A stretch of 64,000 bases of DNA from a bacterium. Lineage in GTDB: Bacteria > RBG-13-61-14 > DATKZS01. The notes beneath the pieces are model-generated. The model did not search any database, was not told where the DNA came from, and was given only the letters and a program-made list of their open reading frames with translations. The stretch is from the NCBI GenBank assembly GCA_963674965.2, contig CAXXFL010000005.1:1-64000 (forward strand), given 5' to 3'. A program made the position numbers and the translations under genes. Of the stretch, positions 48,664-58,504 are shown piece after piece. Each line of letters opens with the position of its first letter. Positions within the stretch are counted from its first letter, which is position 1.

Positions 48664-48691
48664 ACCGGCGGGCCGAAAGGCGCCCGCCGGT
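48664..48691 (-). terminator. GC-rich hairpin after the porin gene (terminator or stability element)
   Basis: ACCGGCGGG...CCCGCCGGT stem with a tetraloop. Confidence 0.5.
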
Positions 48692-48706
48692 CCGGATGAC
48701 GGTTAA

Positions 48707-50071
48707 TTAAAAGATGTACCAGAAGCTCATGGTGTAACGGTCGACCAAACCGTTCTGGAGGTTGGGCACCGCGCCGACCATGGCGTCGTCGCGTCCATCG
48801 GCGAGGTCGTACTCGGTCACAACCTGCATCCACTCGAGGCTGATCATGGTCGAGGGGCTCACGCTGTAGTACATGTTCGCGTAGTACATGTAGTTCCTGG
48901 TGATGGCGGTGTTGGCGTCCTTGTTGGCGTAGCCGGGCTCGATGATGCCGTTCTTGATCTGGTCGTCGTCAACGTCGTCCATGCCCATTCCGCCGTAAAG
49001 CTTGAGGTCGTCCATGGGCTTGACCATGACCTCGGCCCAGAAACCGGTGGCCTCGATGGCCTCGATCTCGCCATTGCCGTAGTCCTTGTAGTCGGCTATC
49101 TGTTTCCAGGTGTGGACCCATCCGGAACCCTGGGCGCCGGTGTACCATCCGTCCAGGTTCGCGCCCTGCCAGTACTCGCCCGAGACCGCGACCATATCGC
49201 CGATGGGCACGACGGCGTGGACGTTCATGGACCAGCTTTCGACCCTCTCGCCGTAATGCCCGAAGTAGGGCACGGTCGCGGTGGAGCCGTCCAGGTAGGT
49301 GCCGCGGAAGGACATGACTTCCTCCTCGCCGTAGTGGCCGGTCACGCCGACGTTGTAACCTTCCTTCTTGAAGGTGATGCCGCCCTCGATGGCGGGCACG
49401 CCGGCGGCGCGGCCGGAGTCGATGTCAAGGGCCTCGACGTCGCCCATTTTGTTGGTGGCCGCCACCTGCAGGATAAGGCTCTTGTCCATGAGGTATCCGG
49501 TCAGCCTGATCTGGGGGGTCCTGTAACCGAGGTTGCCCGCGTCCGCCCCGTAGGGGTAGTTATTAACGTGGGGGAAAATGGGGGACATGACCATCCACTC
49601 GTTGCCGGCCAGCACGCTCCAGTTATCGCCCATGATCTCGACGAAGGCCCTGCGTAGCATGAGGTTGCCCTTGTTCTCCTCGACGTCCTGGTTGCCGGCC
49701 GCGCTGCGCGCCGGAAGGCCGCCGTAGAAGTCGGCCTCGATGCAGCCCTTGGTGGTGATGCCCGAGTCCGTCGGCGGCGTGGTGATCATGAAGCCGAAAC
49801 GCGACTGGCGGGCGGTCATGTGGAAAGAGTCCCGGTCGGGATTGAGCAGCTCCTTGTTGTCCTTGGGCGGAGCGAGACCGGCCAGGTTGGAGGGCGGGGC
49901 ATAGAGCAGGAAGTCGTCCATGATCCCGTAACCCATCTGATACACGGCGTCCAACTTGATATAGCCGTAGAAATCGACGTCATACTTGGAGTTGACGTCG
50001 CCGGCGACGGCCGCTCCCGCGAACCCCGCCATAATTACCAGTGCCAAAGTTAAAATTAGCCCTTTCTTCAT
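48707..50071 (-). CDS. Outer-membrane porin, DcaP-like
   Basis: Signal peptide, FYGYIKLDA, ARQSRFG, IEADFYG, LRRAF, C-terminal aromatic Phe; start at ATG 50071 (AAGGAGG). Confidence 0.8.
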   Translation of the reverse strand: MKKGLILTLALVIMAGFAGAAVAGDVNSKYDVDFYGYIKLDAVYQMGYGIMDDFLLYAPPSNLAGLAPPKDNKELLNPDRDSFHMTARQSRFGFMITTPPTDSGITTKGCIEADFYGGLPARSAAGNQDVEENKGNLMLRRAFVEIMGDNWSVLAGNEWMVMSPIFPHVNNYPYGADAGNLGYRTPQIRLTGYLMDKSLILQVAATNKMGDVEALDIDSGRAAGVPAIEGGITFKKEGYNVGVTGHYGEEEVMSFRGTYLDGSTATVPYFGHYGERVESWSMNVHAVVPIGDMVAVSGEYWQGANLDGWYTGAQGSGWVHTWKQIADYKDYGNGEIEAIEATGFWAEVMVKPMDDLKLYGGMGMDDVDDDQIKNGIIEPGYANKDANTAITRNYMYYANMYYSVSPSTMISLEWMQVVTEYDLADGRDDAMVGAVPNLQNGLVDRYTMSFWYIF

Positions 50072-50227
50072 TTCCTTACTGCCTCCTTCGTTTAAATAAT
50101 GCCATATTGTATGGTCCACGTACCGTTACTTTGTTCGAGTTGCAAACCCAAGTCAAATATTCCCTCAGCCATCTATGTCTAACGGCGCTCCGGGAAAGAC
50201 GGATTCCCGTCTTTCTTGCGGGCCTGA

Positions 50228-51553
50228 TTATATTTTCCGGTTGTCGATGACCCTTTGCGCTTTCCCCTCGAAGCGCTGTATCGAGCGGGGCTCGACCAGC
50301 TTGACCCTGGCGCTGACCTGGTAGAGGTCCCTGATTTCCTTGCTGATCCGGTCCTGGAGCAACTGCAGTCCCTGGACCTCGTCGCTCATGACCTTCTCAC
50401 CCACCTCGACCCTTATCTCGAGGCTGTCCAGGTTGTCCTTTCTGTCCACGATTATCTGGTAATGGGGCTCGACCCCCTCGACGCGCATGAGGACTTCCTC
50501 GATCTGGGAGGGAAAAAGGTTGACCCCCCTGATGATTAGCATGTCGTCCGAGCGTCCCATTACCTTCTCGATCCTTTTCAGGGTCCTGCCGCACCGGCAC
50601 TCGCCGGGAATGAACCTTGTAACGTCCCGGGTGCGATACCTTATTAGAGGAAAAGCCTCTTTATGGATGGTGGTTACGACCAGCTCGCCCTTCTCTCCCT
50701 CGGGCACGGGCTCGAGGGTCTCGGGGTCGATGATCTCGAAGATGAAGCAATCCTCGAAGGCGTGGAGGCCGTTCTTGAAAAGGCATTCCCCGGCCACGCC
50801 CGGGCCCATGACCTCGGACAGGCCGTAGTTGTCCGTGGCGACCACGGGCAGTCGGGACTCGATCTTGTCCCTCATTTCCTCGGACCAGGCCTCGGCGCCG
50901 AAAAGGCCCCACCGAAGGGAAAGGCTTTTGGCCTCGACTCCCAGCTCGGCCATGACGTCGGCCAGGTAAAGGGCGTAACTGGGGGTACAGACCAGGGCCG
51001 TGGTCTTGTAGTCCTGCATTATGAGAATCTGCTTTTTGCTGTTGCCGCTGGACATGGGAATAACGGAGGCCCCGACCTTTTCCGCCCCGTAATGCAGCCC
51101 GAAGGCGCCCGTGAACATGCCGTAACCGAAGGCAATCTGGACCACGTCCTCCTCGGTCACGCCGCCCATGGTAAGGAACCTGGCCACCAGCTCCGACCAG
51201 GTATCGAGGTCGTTTTTGGTGTATCCCACCACGGTCGGCTTTCCCGTGGTGCCGCTGGAGGAGTGGATTCTGACCACGTCCCTCAACGGGACCGCGAACA
51301 TCCCGTATGGGTAGCTGTCGCGGAGGTCGGCCTTGGTGGTAAAGGGAAGCCTGGAAAGATCGGACAGGTCCCGAACGTCATCCGGGGAGACGCCGTGCTT
51401 CTCGAATGAGCGGCGGTAAAAGGTCACGTTCCTGGCCACGCGATGCAGGGTGGACTGGAGCCTCTCGAGCTGAAGCTGTCTGAGTTCCTCCACCGGCATG
51501 GTCTCGTAACGAGGGTTCCAAATCCGATGATGTTCCGATCTTGTCTGGGCCAC
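50228..51553 (-). CDS. paaK: Phenylacetate--CoA ligase family (copy 2)
   Basis: [46 protein letters not shown]. Confidence 0.93.
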   Translation of the reverse strand: MAQTRSEHHRIWNPRYETMPVEELRQLQLERLQSTLHRVARNVTFYRRSFEKHGVSPDDVRDLSDLSRLPFTTKADLRDSYPYGMFAVPLRDVVRIHSSSGTTGKPTVVGYTKNDLDTWSELVARFLTMGGVTEEDVVQIAFGYGMFTGAFGLHYGAEKVGASVIPMSSGNSKKQILIMQDYKTTALVCTPSYALYLADVMAELGVEAKSLSLRWGLFGAEAWSEEMRDKIESRLPVVATDNYGLSEVMGPGVAGECLFKNGLHAFEDCFIFEIIDPETLEPVPEGEKGELVVTTIHKEAFPLIRYRTRDVTRFIPGECRCGRTLKRIEKVMGRSDDMLIIRGVNLFPSQIEEVLMRVEGVEPHYQIIVDRKDNLDSLEIRVEVGEKVMSDEVQGLQLLQDRISKEIRDLYQVSARVKLVEPRSIQRFEGKAQRVIDNRKI

Positions 51554-51646
51554 TACTTCACCCGTTTTCCACGAATTTGACGTATTCTATTGGCCTCCGG
51601 ATCGTTTGTCAACAATCCGGAGGCGTCCGGCGATTCTGGCGCCGGC

Positions 51647-52084
51647 CTAATTCTCGAGGCCCGCCACCTCGGCGTTGGAAAGGACTTTAACGTCCGTTCC
51701 GGAAAGGGCCTGGATGGCCTTGTCGGCCCCGTCGAAGCGGAAGACCAGTATGGCCGCGTCGGCTTTCTTGGCCACGAAGGCGTACATGTACTCGACGTTA
51801 ATCCCGGCCTTGGTGAAGGTGTCGAGGACCTTGCCCAGCGCCCCGGGCTTGTTGGGCACCTCGATGGCCAGGACGTTGGTGGTCATGACGGTAAAGCCCG
51901 CGTCCTTGAGGGCCTTCATGCCCGCGTCGGGATCGGCGACGATCATCCTGACCACTCCGAACTCCCTGGTCTCGGCTATGGTCATGGCCATAATGTTTAT
52001 TCCCGCGTCGCCTAAAGTCTTGGCCACCGCGGCCAGCCTTCCGGGCTGGTTCTCAACGAACACCGACAACTGCTTGAATTTCAT
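51647..52084 (-). CDS. Tandem ACT-domain protein
   Basis: QLSVFVENQPGRL, NKPGAL, INVEYMYAF. Confidence 0.92.
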   Translation of the reverse strand: MKFKQLSVFVENQPGRLAAVAKTLGDAGINIMAMTIAETREFGVVRMIVADPDAGMKALKDAGFTVMTTNVLAIEVPNKPGALGKVLDTFTKAGINVEYMYAFVAKKADAAILVFRFDGADKAIQALSGTDVKVLSNAEVAGLEN

Positions 52085-52117
52085 CGGAACCTCCTCCTTA
52101 GTTCCCGGTTATTACCG

Positions 52118-53416
52118 TCAAATCTTTCGCCTGTCCTCGACCCGCTTGGCCTTGCCCTCGCTGCGGGCTATCGTCCGAGGCTCGACAAGCTTGACCTTGG
52201 CCGAGACGCCAAGGTAATCCTTGATGTCGTGTCTGATCTTGTTGGCGAGGGAATCGAGTTCCTTCATCTCGTCGGAGAAGAGCTTCTCGCTCATCTCGAT
52301 CTGGACCTCCATGGTGTCCATGCTGCCCTCGCGGTCAACTATTATCATGTAATGCGGCTCGAGGCCCTCGACCTCGAGCAGCACGTGCTCGATCTGGCTG
52401 GGGAAAACGTTGACGCCGCGAATGATGAGCATGTCGTCCGTTCGTCCCGTCACCCTCTCCATGCGGGCCATGCACCGGCCGCAGGCGCATTTGTCGATAT
52501 TGAGCCTGCTTATGTCCTTGGTCCGGTACCTTATGAGGGGGAAAGCCTCCTTGGTCAAGGTCGTGAACACCAACTCGCCCGGATCGCCGGGGGCCACCAC
52601 CTCGCCCGTCTCGGGATTGATGGTCTCGACCAGGAAATGGTCCTCATAAACGTGGGGAGAAGCCTGGGCCTCGATGCACTCGCAGGAAACGCCCGGACCC
52701 ATGACCTCGGAAAGACCGTAGATATCGATGGCCTTTACGTTCATGCGGCGCTCGATCTCGGAGCGCATGTTCTCGCTCCAGGGCTCGGCGCCGAACACGC
52801 CCACCTTGAGGCTCAGACTTTTAAAGTCCACGCCCATCTTCTCGCCCACCTCGGCCAGGTTGAGGGCGTAGCTGGGAGTGCAGCAGATAACGTCGGGCTT
52901 AAAATCCTGGATGAGCATGATCTGGCGCTGGGTCTGGCCGCCCGAGACCGGGACCACGGTGGCGCCCAGTTTCTCGGCCCCGTAATGGGCCCCCAGGCCG
53001 CCGGTGAAAAGCCCGTAGCCGTAGCCGTTGTGGATGATGCTTTTCGAGGTCGCCCCGGCCGAGGCCAGCGACCTGGCCATAAGCTCTCCCCAGGTGTCGA
53101 TGTCCTTCTTCGTATAGCCCACCACCGTGGGTTTGCCGGTGGTCCCCGAACTGGCGTGGACCCTGACGACCTCTTCCATGGGCACGGCGAACATGCCGAA
53201 GGGGTAATTGTCGCGAAGGTCCTGCTTGACCGTGAAGGGGAACCTGGAAAGGTCGGAAAGCCTCGTAAGGTCCGACGGCTTCACTCCCGCGTCGTCAAAG
53301 GACTTTTTATAAAAGGGGACCTTGTCGTAAACCCGCTGGAGAAGCGGCTTAAGACGCTCGAGCTGAAGCTCCTCGATTTGTTCTCTCGAATACTTTTCCT
53401 CCTTGTGCCTGATCAA
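52118..53416 (-). CDS. paaK: Phenylacetate--CoA ligase family (copy 1)
   Basis: [40 protein letters not shown]. Confidence 0.94.
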   Translation of the reverse strand: MIRHKEEKYSREQIEELQLERLKPLLQRVYDKVPFYKKSFDDAGVKPSDLTRLSDLSRFPFTVKQDLRDNYPFGMFAVPMEEVVRVHASSGTTGKPTVVGYTKKDIDTWGELMARSLASAGATSKSIIHNGYGYGLFTGGLGAHYGAEKLGATVVPVSGGQTQRQIMLIQDFKPDVICCTPSYALNLAEVGEKMGVDFKSLSLKVGVFGAEPWSENMRSEIERRMNVKAIDIYGLSEVMGPGVSCECIEAQASPHVYEDHFLVETINPETGEVVAPGDPGELVFTTLTKEAFPLIRYRTKDISRLNIDKCACGRCMARMERVTGRTDDMLIIRGVNVFPSQIEHVLLEVEGLEPHYMIIVDREGSMDTMEVQIEMSEKLFSDEMKELDSLANKIRHDIKDYLGVSAKVKLVEPRTIARSEGKAKRVEDRRKI

Positions 53417-53547
53417 AAGCCCATCCTCCTTTCTTTTCGCCGGCCGGGCCTTGCGCGTCCGGCCTTAATCGAACCTCCTCCGCCTCAGGCCGGCCTGGCC
53501 GGACCCGGCGGAGAAAGGGCAAGTCAATAATAAAACGCCGCTTCCTC

Positions 53548-54126
53548 TCAGGCGGCGGCGTCTTTGCCCATTTTAAAGGCCACAAGGTTGACCTCGACGA
53601 CCTTTTTGGGGACTTCCTCCTTGAGTATCTCGAGCCAGTGGTCGTCCTTGAATGGCAGCAGGGCGCTCAGGGCCCCTAATAGAACCACGGTGGCCGTCTT
53701 CGGGTTTCCGGCCTCCCTGGCTATTTTCAGGCAATCCACCCCGATGGCCTGGGGGTCGCGCTCCCTCACCTTGCATAGTATCCCCGCGGGATACTCCTGT
53801 TGCCCCCTCGATACGGAGGGGGGAGGTATTTGCTGCAGGTTGAAGGCCACTCTGCCGCCGTCCTTGAGGAGGTGCAGATACCTCAGGCACTCGAGGGCCT
53901 CGGAGGCCATGAGGATATCCGACTCGCCGTCGGGGATTAAGGGCGAGTGGACCTTGTCCCCGAACCGGACGTGGCTCGTGACCGAGCCGCCCCGCTGGGC
54001 CATGCCGTGCACGTCGCTCTTTTTAACGTCCATGCCGCTTTCGGCCGCTATGCGGGCCATTACCTCGCTGGCCAGGATGATTCCCTGGCCCCCTACTCCG
54101 GCCATCAATACGTTGGTTACCGTCAT
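53548..54126 (-). CDS. iorB: Indolepyruvate:ferredoxin oxidoreductase beta subunit
   Basis: GVGGQGIILAS, HGMAQRGGSV. Confidence 0.94.
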   Translation of the reverse strand: MTVTNVLMAGVGGQGIILASEVMARIAAESGMDVKKSDVHGMAQRGGSVTSHVRFGDKVHSPLIPDGESDILMASEALECLRYLHLLKDGGRVAFNLQQIPPPSVSRGQQEYPAGILCKVRERDPQAIGVDCLKIAREAGNPKTATVVLLGALSALLPFKDDHWLEILKEEVPKKVVEVNLVAFKMGKDAAA

Positions 54127-54171
54127 TTATCTTTCCCATAACCGGCGAGGAATTTGCCCCGCCGCGTTTAA

Positions 54172-55959
54172 TTACTCGATGATCGCGCCCTGGGGGCACA
54201 CCTGGGCGCACACGCCGCAACCGGTGCACATAAGCTCGTCGATGGTCACGCGCCCTTTCCTCTTTTTCCTCTCGCCCTTGCTACTTGTATATTCGCCCTC
54301 TTCCGTAATGAAGGAGATGGCCGGGCAGGCCACGTTAAGGCAGCTCTTGCAACCCGAGCACTTCTCATCGTCCACCTTAAGGGCCGGTTTCTTCACGGAT
54401 TTCGACTCGGGGATGAGCATGCACGGGCTCCGCGAGATTACCAGCGAAAGCTCGGGGGCCTCTAGTTCCTCCTTAAGCGTGTTTTTGGTGGCGTCCACGT
54501 CGTAGGGCTCGACGATTTTTACGCGTTTTATTCCCAGTCCCTCAGCCAGCTTGGGCAGGTCCACCATGCAGGAGGCCTCCCCGCAAAGGTCCGCGCCGGA
54601 CCCGGGGTTCTGCTGCCTGCCGGTCATGGCCGTGATCCGGTTGTCCAGGATGATCACCAGGCCGTCGCCGTGGTTGTAGGCCATGTCCATAAGCGGCGTG
54701 ACGCCCGAGTGGAAAAAGGTCGAGTCCCCGATGACCGAGACCACCTTGGTCCGCCCGTCCATTCCCAGGGCCTTTTGGGCGCCGAAGCTCTGCCCGATGC
54801 CCGCGCCCATGCACAGGCAGGAATCGAGTGAGGAGAGGGGAGGCGGGGCGGCCAGGGTATAGCACCCGATGTCTCCGCACACGAAGACGTTAAGTTTCTT
54901 AAGGGCCGTGAAAAGTCCCCTGTGAGGGCATCCGGGGCACATGATGGGAGGCCGCATGGGAAGGTCCGGCTCCGGCTTTCGCGCCGTCCCTCCGGCCGCG
55001 TCTCCCAAAACGCCCTTTTTGACCAGGCCGGGAGTAAGCTCTCCCACCAGGGGGAAGGCCTCCTTGCCCACGACCTCGAGGCCCAGGGCCCGCATCCAAT
55101 TCTCGAAAAACGGATCGAGTTCCTCGACCACGTAAACTTTGTCCACCATGGACGCGAACTTCCTGAAAAGCTCCTTGGGGAGGGGCCAGGACATGCCGAG
55201 CTTGAGAAAAGACGCCTTCGGAAAAGCCTCCCGAGCGTACTGGTAAGCCACGCCCGAGGCCACGATGCCAATGGACTTGTCGCCCGGCTCGATTTTGTTC
55301 TCGGGAAAGGTCTCGGCCAGTTCGGCCAGCCTGGCCATGCGCTCCTCCACCAAGGGGTGACGCATGCGGGCAAAGGCCGGAAGCATGACCCACTTGGGCG
55401 GGTCCTTCTCGATGCCGATCTTGATCTTTCCCTCCGCGCGGCCGCCCACCTCGGCCATGGTCTGGCCGTGGCTCACGCGAGTGGTCGAGCGCACGAACAC
55501 GGGGCAGTCGTATTCCTCGCTCATGTCGAAACCCATCTTAACGAAGCGCAGGGCCTCGTCCGAGTCCGAAGGCTCGAGCATGGGTATCTTGGCGGAGCGA
55601 GCGTAATGGCGGTTGTCCTGCTCGTTCTGGGAGGAGTGCATTTGAGGGTCGTCGGCGGTAATGATAACGAGGCCTCCCTTTACTCCCACGTAGCTGAGGG
55701 TGAAAAGAGGGTCAGCGGCCACGTTAACGCCCACGTGCTTCATGGCCACCAGGGTCCTGGCCCCGGCCATCGAGGCCCCGGCGCCCACCTCGAGGGCGAC
55801 CTTTTCGTTGGGCGACCACTCCGAGTTGACCTCATCATAGGCGCTCATGAACTGCAGTATCTCGGTGCTCGGGGTCCCCGGATAGGCCGAGGCCACTTTG
55901 ACTCCGGCCTCCCATGCCCCCCTGGCGATCGCCTCGTTGCCCGACAATAACTTCTTCAT
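54172..55959 (-). CDS. iorA: Indolepyruvate:ferredoxin oxidoreductase alpha subunit
   Basis: GNEAIARG, YPGTPSTE, CPGCPH, GDIGCY, GDSTFFHSG, C-terminal 2x[4Fe-4S]. Confidence 0.95.
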   Translation of the reverse strand: MKKLLSGNEAIARGAWEAGVKVASAYPGTPSTEILQFMSAYDEVNSEWSPNEKVALEVGAGASMAGARTLVAMKHVGVNVAADPLFTLSYVGVKGGLVIITADDPQMHSSQNEQDNRHYARSAKIPMLEPSDSDEALRFVKMGFDMSEEYDCPVFVRSTTRVSHGQTMAEVGGRAEGKIKIGIEKDPPKWVMLPAFARMRHPLVEERMARLAELAETFPENKIEPGDKSIGIVASGVAYQYAREAFPKASFLKLGMSWPLPKELFRKFASMVDKVYVVEELDPFFENWMRALGLEVVGKEAFPLVGELTPGLVKKGVLGDAAGGTARKPEPDLPMRPPIMCPGCPHRGLFTALKKLNVFVCGDIGCYTLAAPPPLSSLDSCLCMGAGIGQSFGAQKALGMDGRTKVVSVIGDSTFFHSGVTPLMDMAYNHGDGLVIILDNRITAMTGRQQNPGSGADLCGEASCMVDLPKLAEGLGIKRVKIVEPYDVDATKNTLKEELEAPELSLVISRSPCMLIPESKSVKKPALKVDDEKCSGCKSCLNVACPAISFITEEGEYTSSKGERKKRKGRVTIDELMCTGCGVCAQVCPQGAIIE

Positions 55960-56066
55960 TAATCGATCCTTTAAACGAAATTCGGCGTCACCGCCCCCCG
56001 CCGGCGGACCGCCAAGGAGTGGACACCGTTTATTATTAATCGCGAATTACCCCGCGCGACCGGATT

Positions 56067-56096
56067 ATGATAAAACTATTTTGCGGGGACTGTCAA
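56067..56096 (-). promoter_or_regulatory. Sigma70 promoter of the ior operon
   Basis: TTGACA-N18-TATCAT on the minus strand. Confidence 0.6.
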
Positions 56097-56143
56097 GAAA
56101 AGAGCCTCGGGCCGGACCGAGCGGCAAAAAACGCTAACCCCCA

Positions 56144-56167
56144 ATAATGAAATTTGATTTTCATTAT
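56144..56167. promoter_or_regulatory. AT-rich palindrome, candidate operator
   Basis: ATAATGAAA-TTTGAT-TTTCATTAT (perfect 9-bp arms). Confidence 0.5.
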
Positions 56168-56318
56168 GTATCCCAGCCGCTTCGAGGCGGGGCATTATTG
56201 AGACTCGCGACCCGTTCCATCGGGATGGGCGATCGTTTCCAGAGTCGGCCCATTTCCCGGAAAAGAGTCAAGACCATATCCTTTGGCTCCGAACTTGTCC
56301 TTTTACGTTTCGATGGCG

Positions 56319-56627
56319 TCATTTTTTACCTTTGTATCGCGGACAAAGCCGCAAACATCCGACCGTAAACTCCCGGCAGGTAAGGGGTCTTAGCTCGTAT
56401 ATCTCGCACCTGAAACGATCTTCATCCTTCTTTAAATAGCGGCAGGCGTGAAGGGTCATGCCCGATTCGGCCATTTCCCTGTTTATGGCCCCCCGCGTCA
56501 TTTTCTCATCTTCATAGGCCTTGACGAGGTCCGTCCTTCCCCGGGCCTCCCAATCGGCCAGGTCATCGGGCCGGACGTGGCGGTAAAAGGACTCGAAACA
56601 ACATTTGCCGCACCTTTTGCATTCCAT
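56319..56627 (-). CDS. YkgJ-family CxxCxxCC Fe-S/Zn cluster protein
   Basis: CKRCGKCC, CRYL, CEIYELRPLTCREF. Confidence 0.85.
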   Translation of the reverse strand: MECKRCGKCCFESFYRHVRPDDLADWEARGRTDLVKAYEDEKMTRGAINREMAESGMTLHACRYLKKDEDRFRCEIYELRPLTCREFTVGCLRLCPRYKGKK

Positions 56628-57073
56628 ATTTTCATTGTACTTCCAATGAAAAAACCGAACAAACAATTCGAGATATTAACCTAATAAAGTAACGCCGGAA
56701 CGGCTTTTATGCATGGCGTCAAAAGCAATTGCGCGTCATTATCTGGCATGACCTTATAAAAACCAAAAGGGTGATATTTGAATAGCCGCGGTCCCCGCGG
56801 GCTCGGGGTTTATCATCGGGCCGTTTCTGGTGGGGGACACGCCGTTTCCCTCATCTCCCCCTCCGCCATCCTTTTGGCCCCGAGTCCCATCGTCCGGTCC
56901 ATGGGCAGGCCCAAAACCCCGTCGCCGGACAACCAGGCCAGCCAATCCCGATCGGGGGACTTGTAGCGCCGCCGCCTTCGCGTCTATAATGTCCAATCGC
57001 CGCAAGCGGGCTTACCATATACCGCCCCTCGCGCGCCGGAATCTTATTTGCGAGAAAATGGAGCATATCACTA

Positions 57074-58444
57074 ATGACCGACGTGAACGAAGATATCGAA
57101 CGCGGAACGGACGGACCGGAAGGAAAGCCCGAGTCGGAGGAGCCTAAAAAGCCCTCGATCATAAGCCAGCTAATTCCCTACGTCTTTACGGCCGCGATCC
57201 TGGCTTACGTTTTCACGGGCTTGTCCTCGAGCGTGGTGGACGAGAGGCACTCCCTTAAGGGGACCGAGTGGTCGGACCTTGTCAAGACCGGGCTTAGAAA
57301 GAAGTCCATCGAGATCAAAAGCCCGAGCGGAGATGTAACCTATTGCGGACCCGAGTCCGAGGTGAGCGAGGAATGCCCCGCGGGACCGGATTACGAAGTT
57401 CGAGCGGAGGAAGAAGGCATCCCCGCCGGCATCAGGCGCTCGGCCACTTCCCGCATTGGCGACGGGGCCGAGGTCTCGGTCAACTACGTGGTCAAGGTCA
57501 AGCTCTCCGAGATGTACGCCCTGGTAAAGGAGGCCGACTGGAGGCTCTACCTTCCCTTTATAATTTTACACTCCCTGATCTTCATGTTCGCCGACGTTTC
57601 CTCTTTTGGCTTCGCCTACCGATGGTTCAACGTGCCCGGCATGAAGCTGAAGGAGATTTTAGAGGTCCGGCTGGCGCCTTATGTGATCCAGATCGGAATA
57701 CCGCCCCTGGCTGAGGTGCTCTTTCCTCTTTATATGTGGCGCGTCAAGAAAGCCCCGGTAACCAAAATACTAAGCTCGAACTTCTGGGCCATGCTGACCG
57801 AGGTCCTGGCAATTTTCACTTCTCTTACCATCGCCTCTTACTATAACGTTTTCGTGAATACCGTGGTCGAGGCCATAGGCGTCGGATGGGTGATTGTATG
57901 CACCGCTTTCTGGGTCATCTTCTTCAGTTCCATTATTTTCTGGCATACTTCAAGAGGCAAGAGGCTTAAGGCGAGCATAGCCCAGTCCGAAAGCGGCGAG
58001 GGCAATCCGACCGGCGAGGGCGGAATCAAAGAGACTATCGGCGGTTCTCTCTATCTTCTTCGCACTTTCAGCATGGCCCGCTGGCATCACTGGCTCCGGG
58101 CGTACGGCGCCAGAATGATACTGCAGGCGTCGGGTATAATCTCGAGCTACATGACTCTTAAGGCGCTTGGCGTGGAACCCTCGATCGCCCTTGCCGGCAT
58201 AGCTTTTCCCATTATCATCCTCAGCGTTTTCATGCCCATCAGCGTTGGAGGCTACGGCGGGGCCCAACTGGTGGCCTGGTTCCTGATCGTGAAGATGGGA
58301 CAGACGGGCACGGCGGACCAGGTTATCGCCTTCTCCCTTCTCTGGTCCACGGGATTTCTGGTGGGAAGGGCGATAATCGGGCTGGTCTTTATTCGGGGCT
58401 TCTGGAAGAGGTGCTTCCCAAACGGCTTTAGCCTCTCGGGATAA
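57074..58444 (+). CDS. Lysylphosphatidylglycerol-synthase-TM/flippase-like (UPF0104) membrane protein with inserted soluble domain
   Basis: Multiple TM helices, MPISVGGYG motif, ~95-aa beta-rich insertion after TM1. Confidence 0.65.
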   Translation: MTDVNEDIERGTDGPEGKPESEEPKKPSIISQLIPYVFTAAILAYVFTGLSSSVVDERHSLKGTEWSDLVKTGLRKKSIEIKSPSGDVTYCGPESEVSEECPAGPDYEVRAEEEGIPAGIRRSATSRIGDGAEVSVNYVVKVKLSEMYALVKEADWRLYLPFIILHSLIFMFADVSSFGFAYRWFNVPGMKLKEILEVRLAPYVIQIGIPPLAEVLFPLYMWRVKKAPVTKILSSNFWAMLTEVLAIFTSLTIASYYNVFVNTVVEAIGVGWVIVCTAFWVIFFSSIIFWHTSRGKRLKASIAQSESGEGNPTGEGGIKETIGGSLYLLRTFSMARWHHWLRAYGARMILQASGIISSYMTLKALGVEPSIALAGIAFPIIILSVFMPISVGGYGGAQLVAWFLIVKMGQTGTADQVIAFSLLWSTGFLVGRAIIGLVFIRGFWKRCFPNGFSLSG

Positions 58445-58450
58445 AAGCGG

Positions 58451-58484
58451 CGGACCGCGGCCACTAAATGGAAGCCGCGGTCCG
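58451..58484. terminator. Hairpin between convergent genes
   Basis: CGGACCGCGGC...GCCGCGGTCCG perfect 11-bp stem. Confidence 0.55.
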
Positions 58485-58504
58485 TTACATATATCGCCAA
58501 TCCC

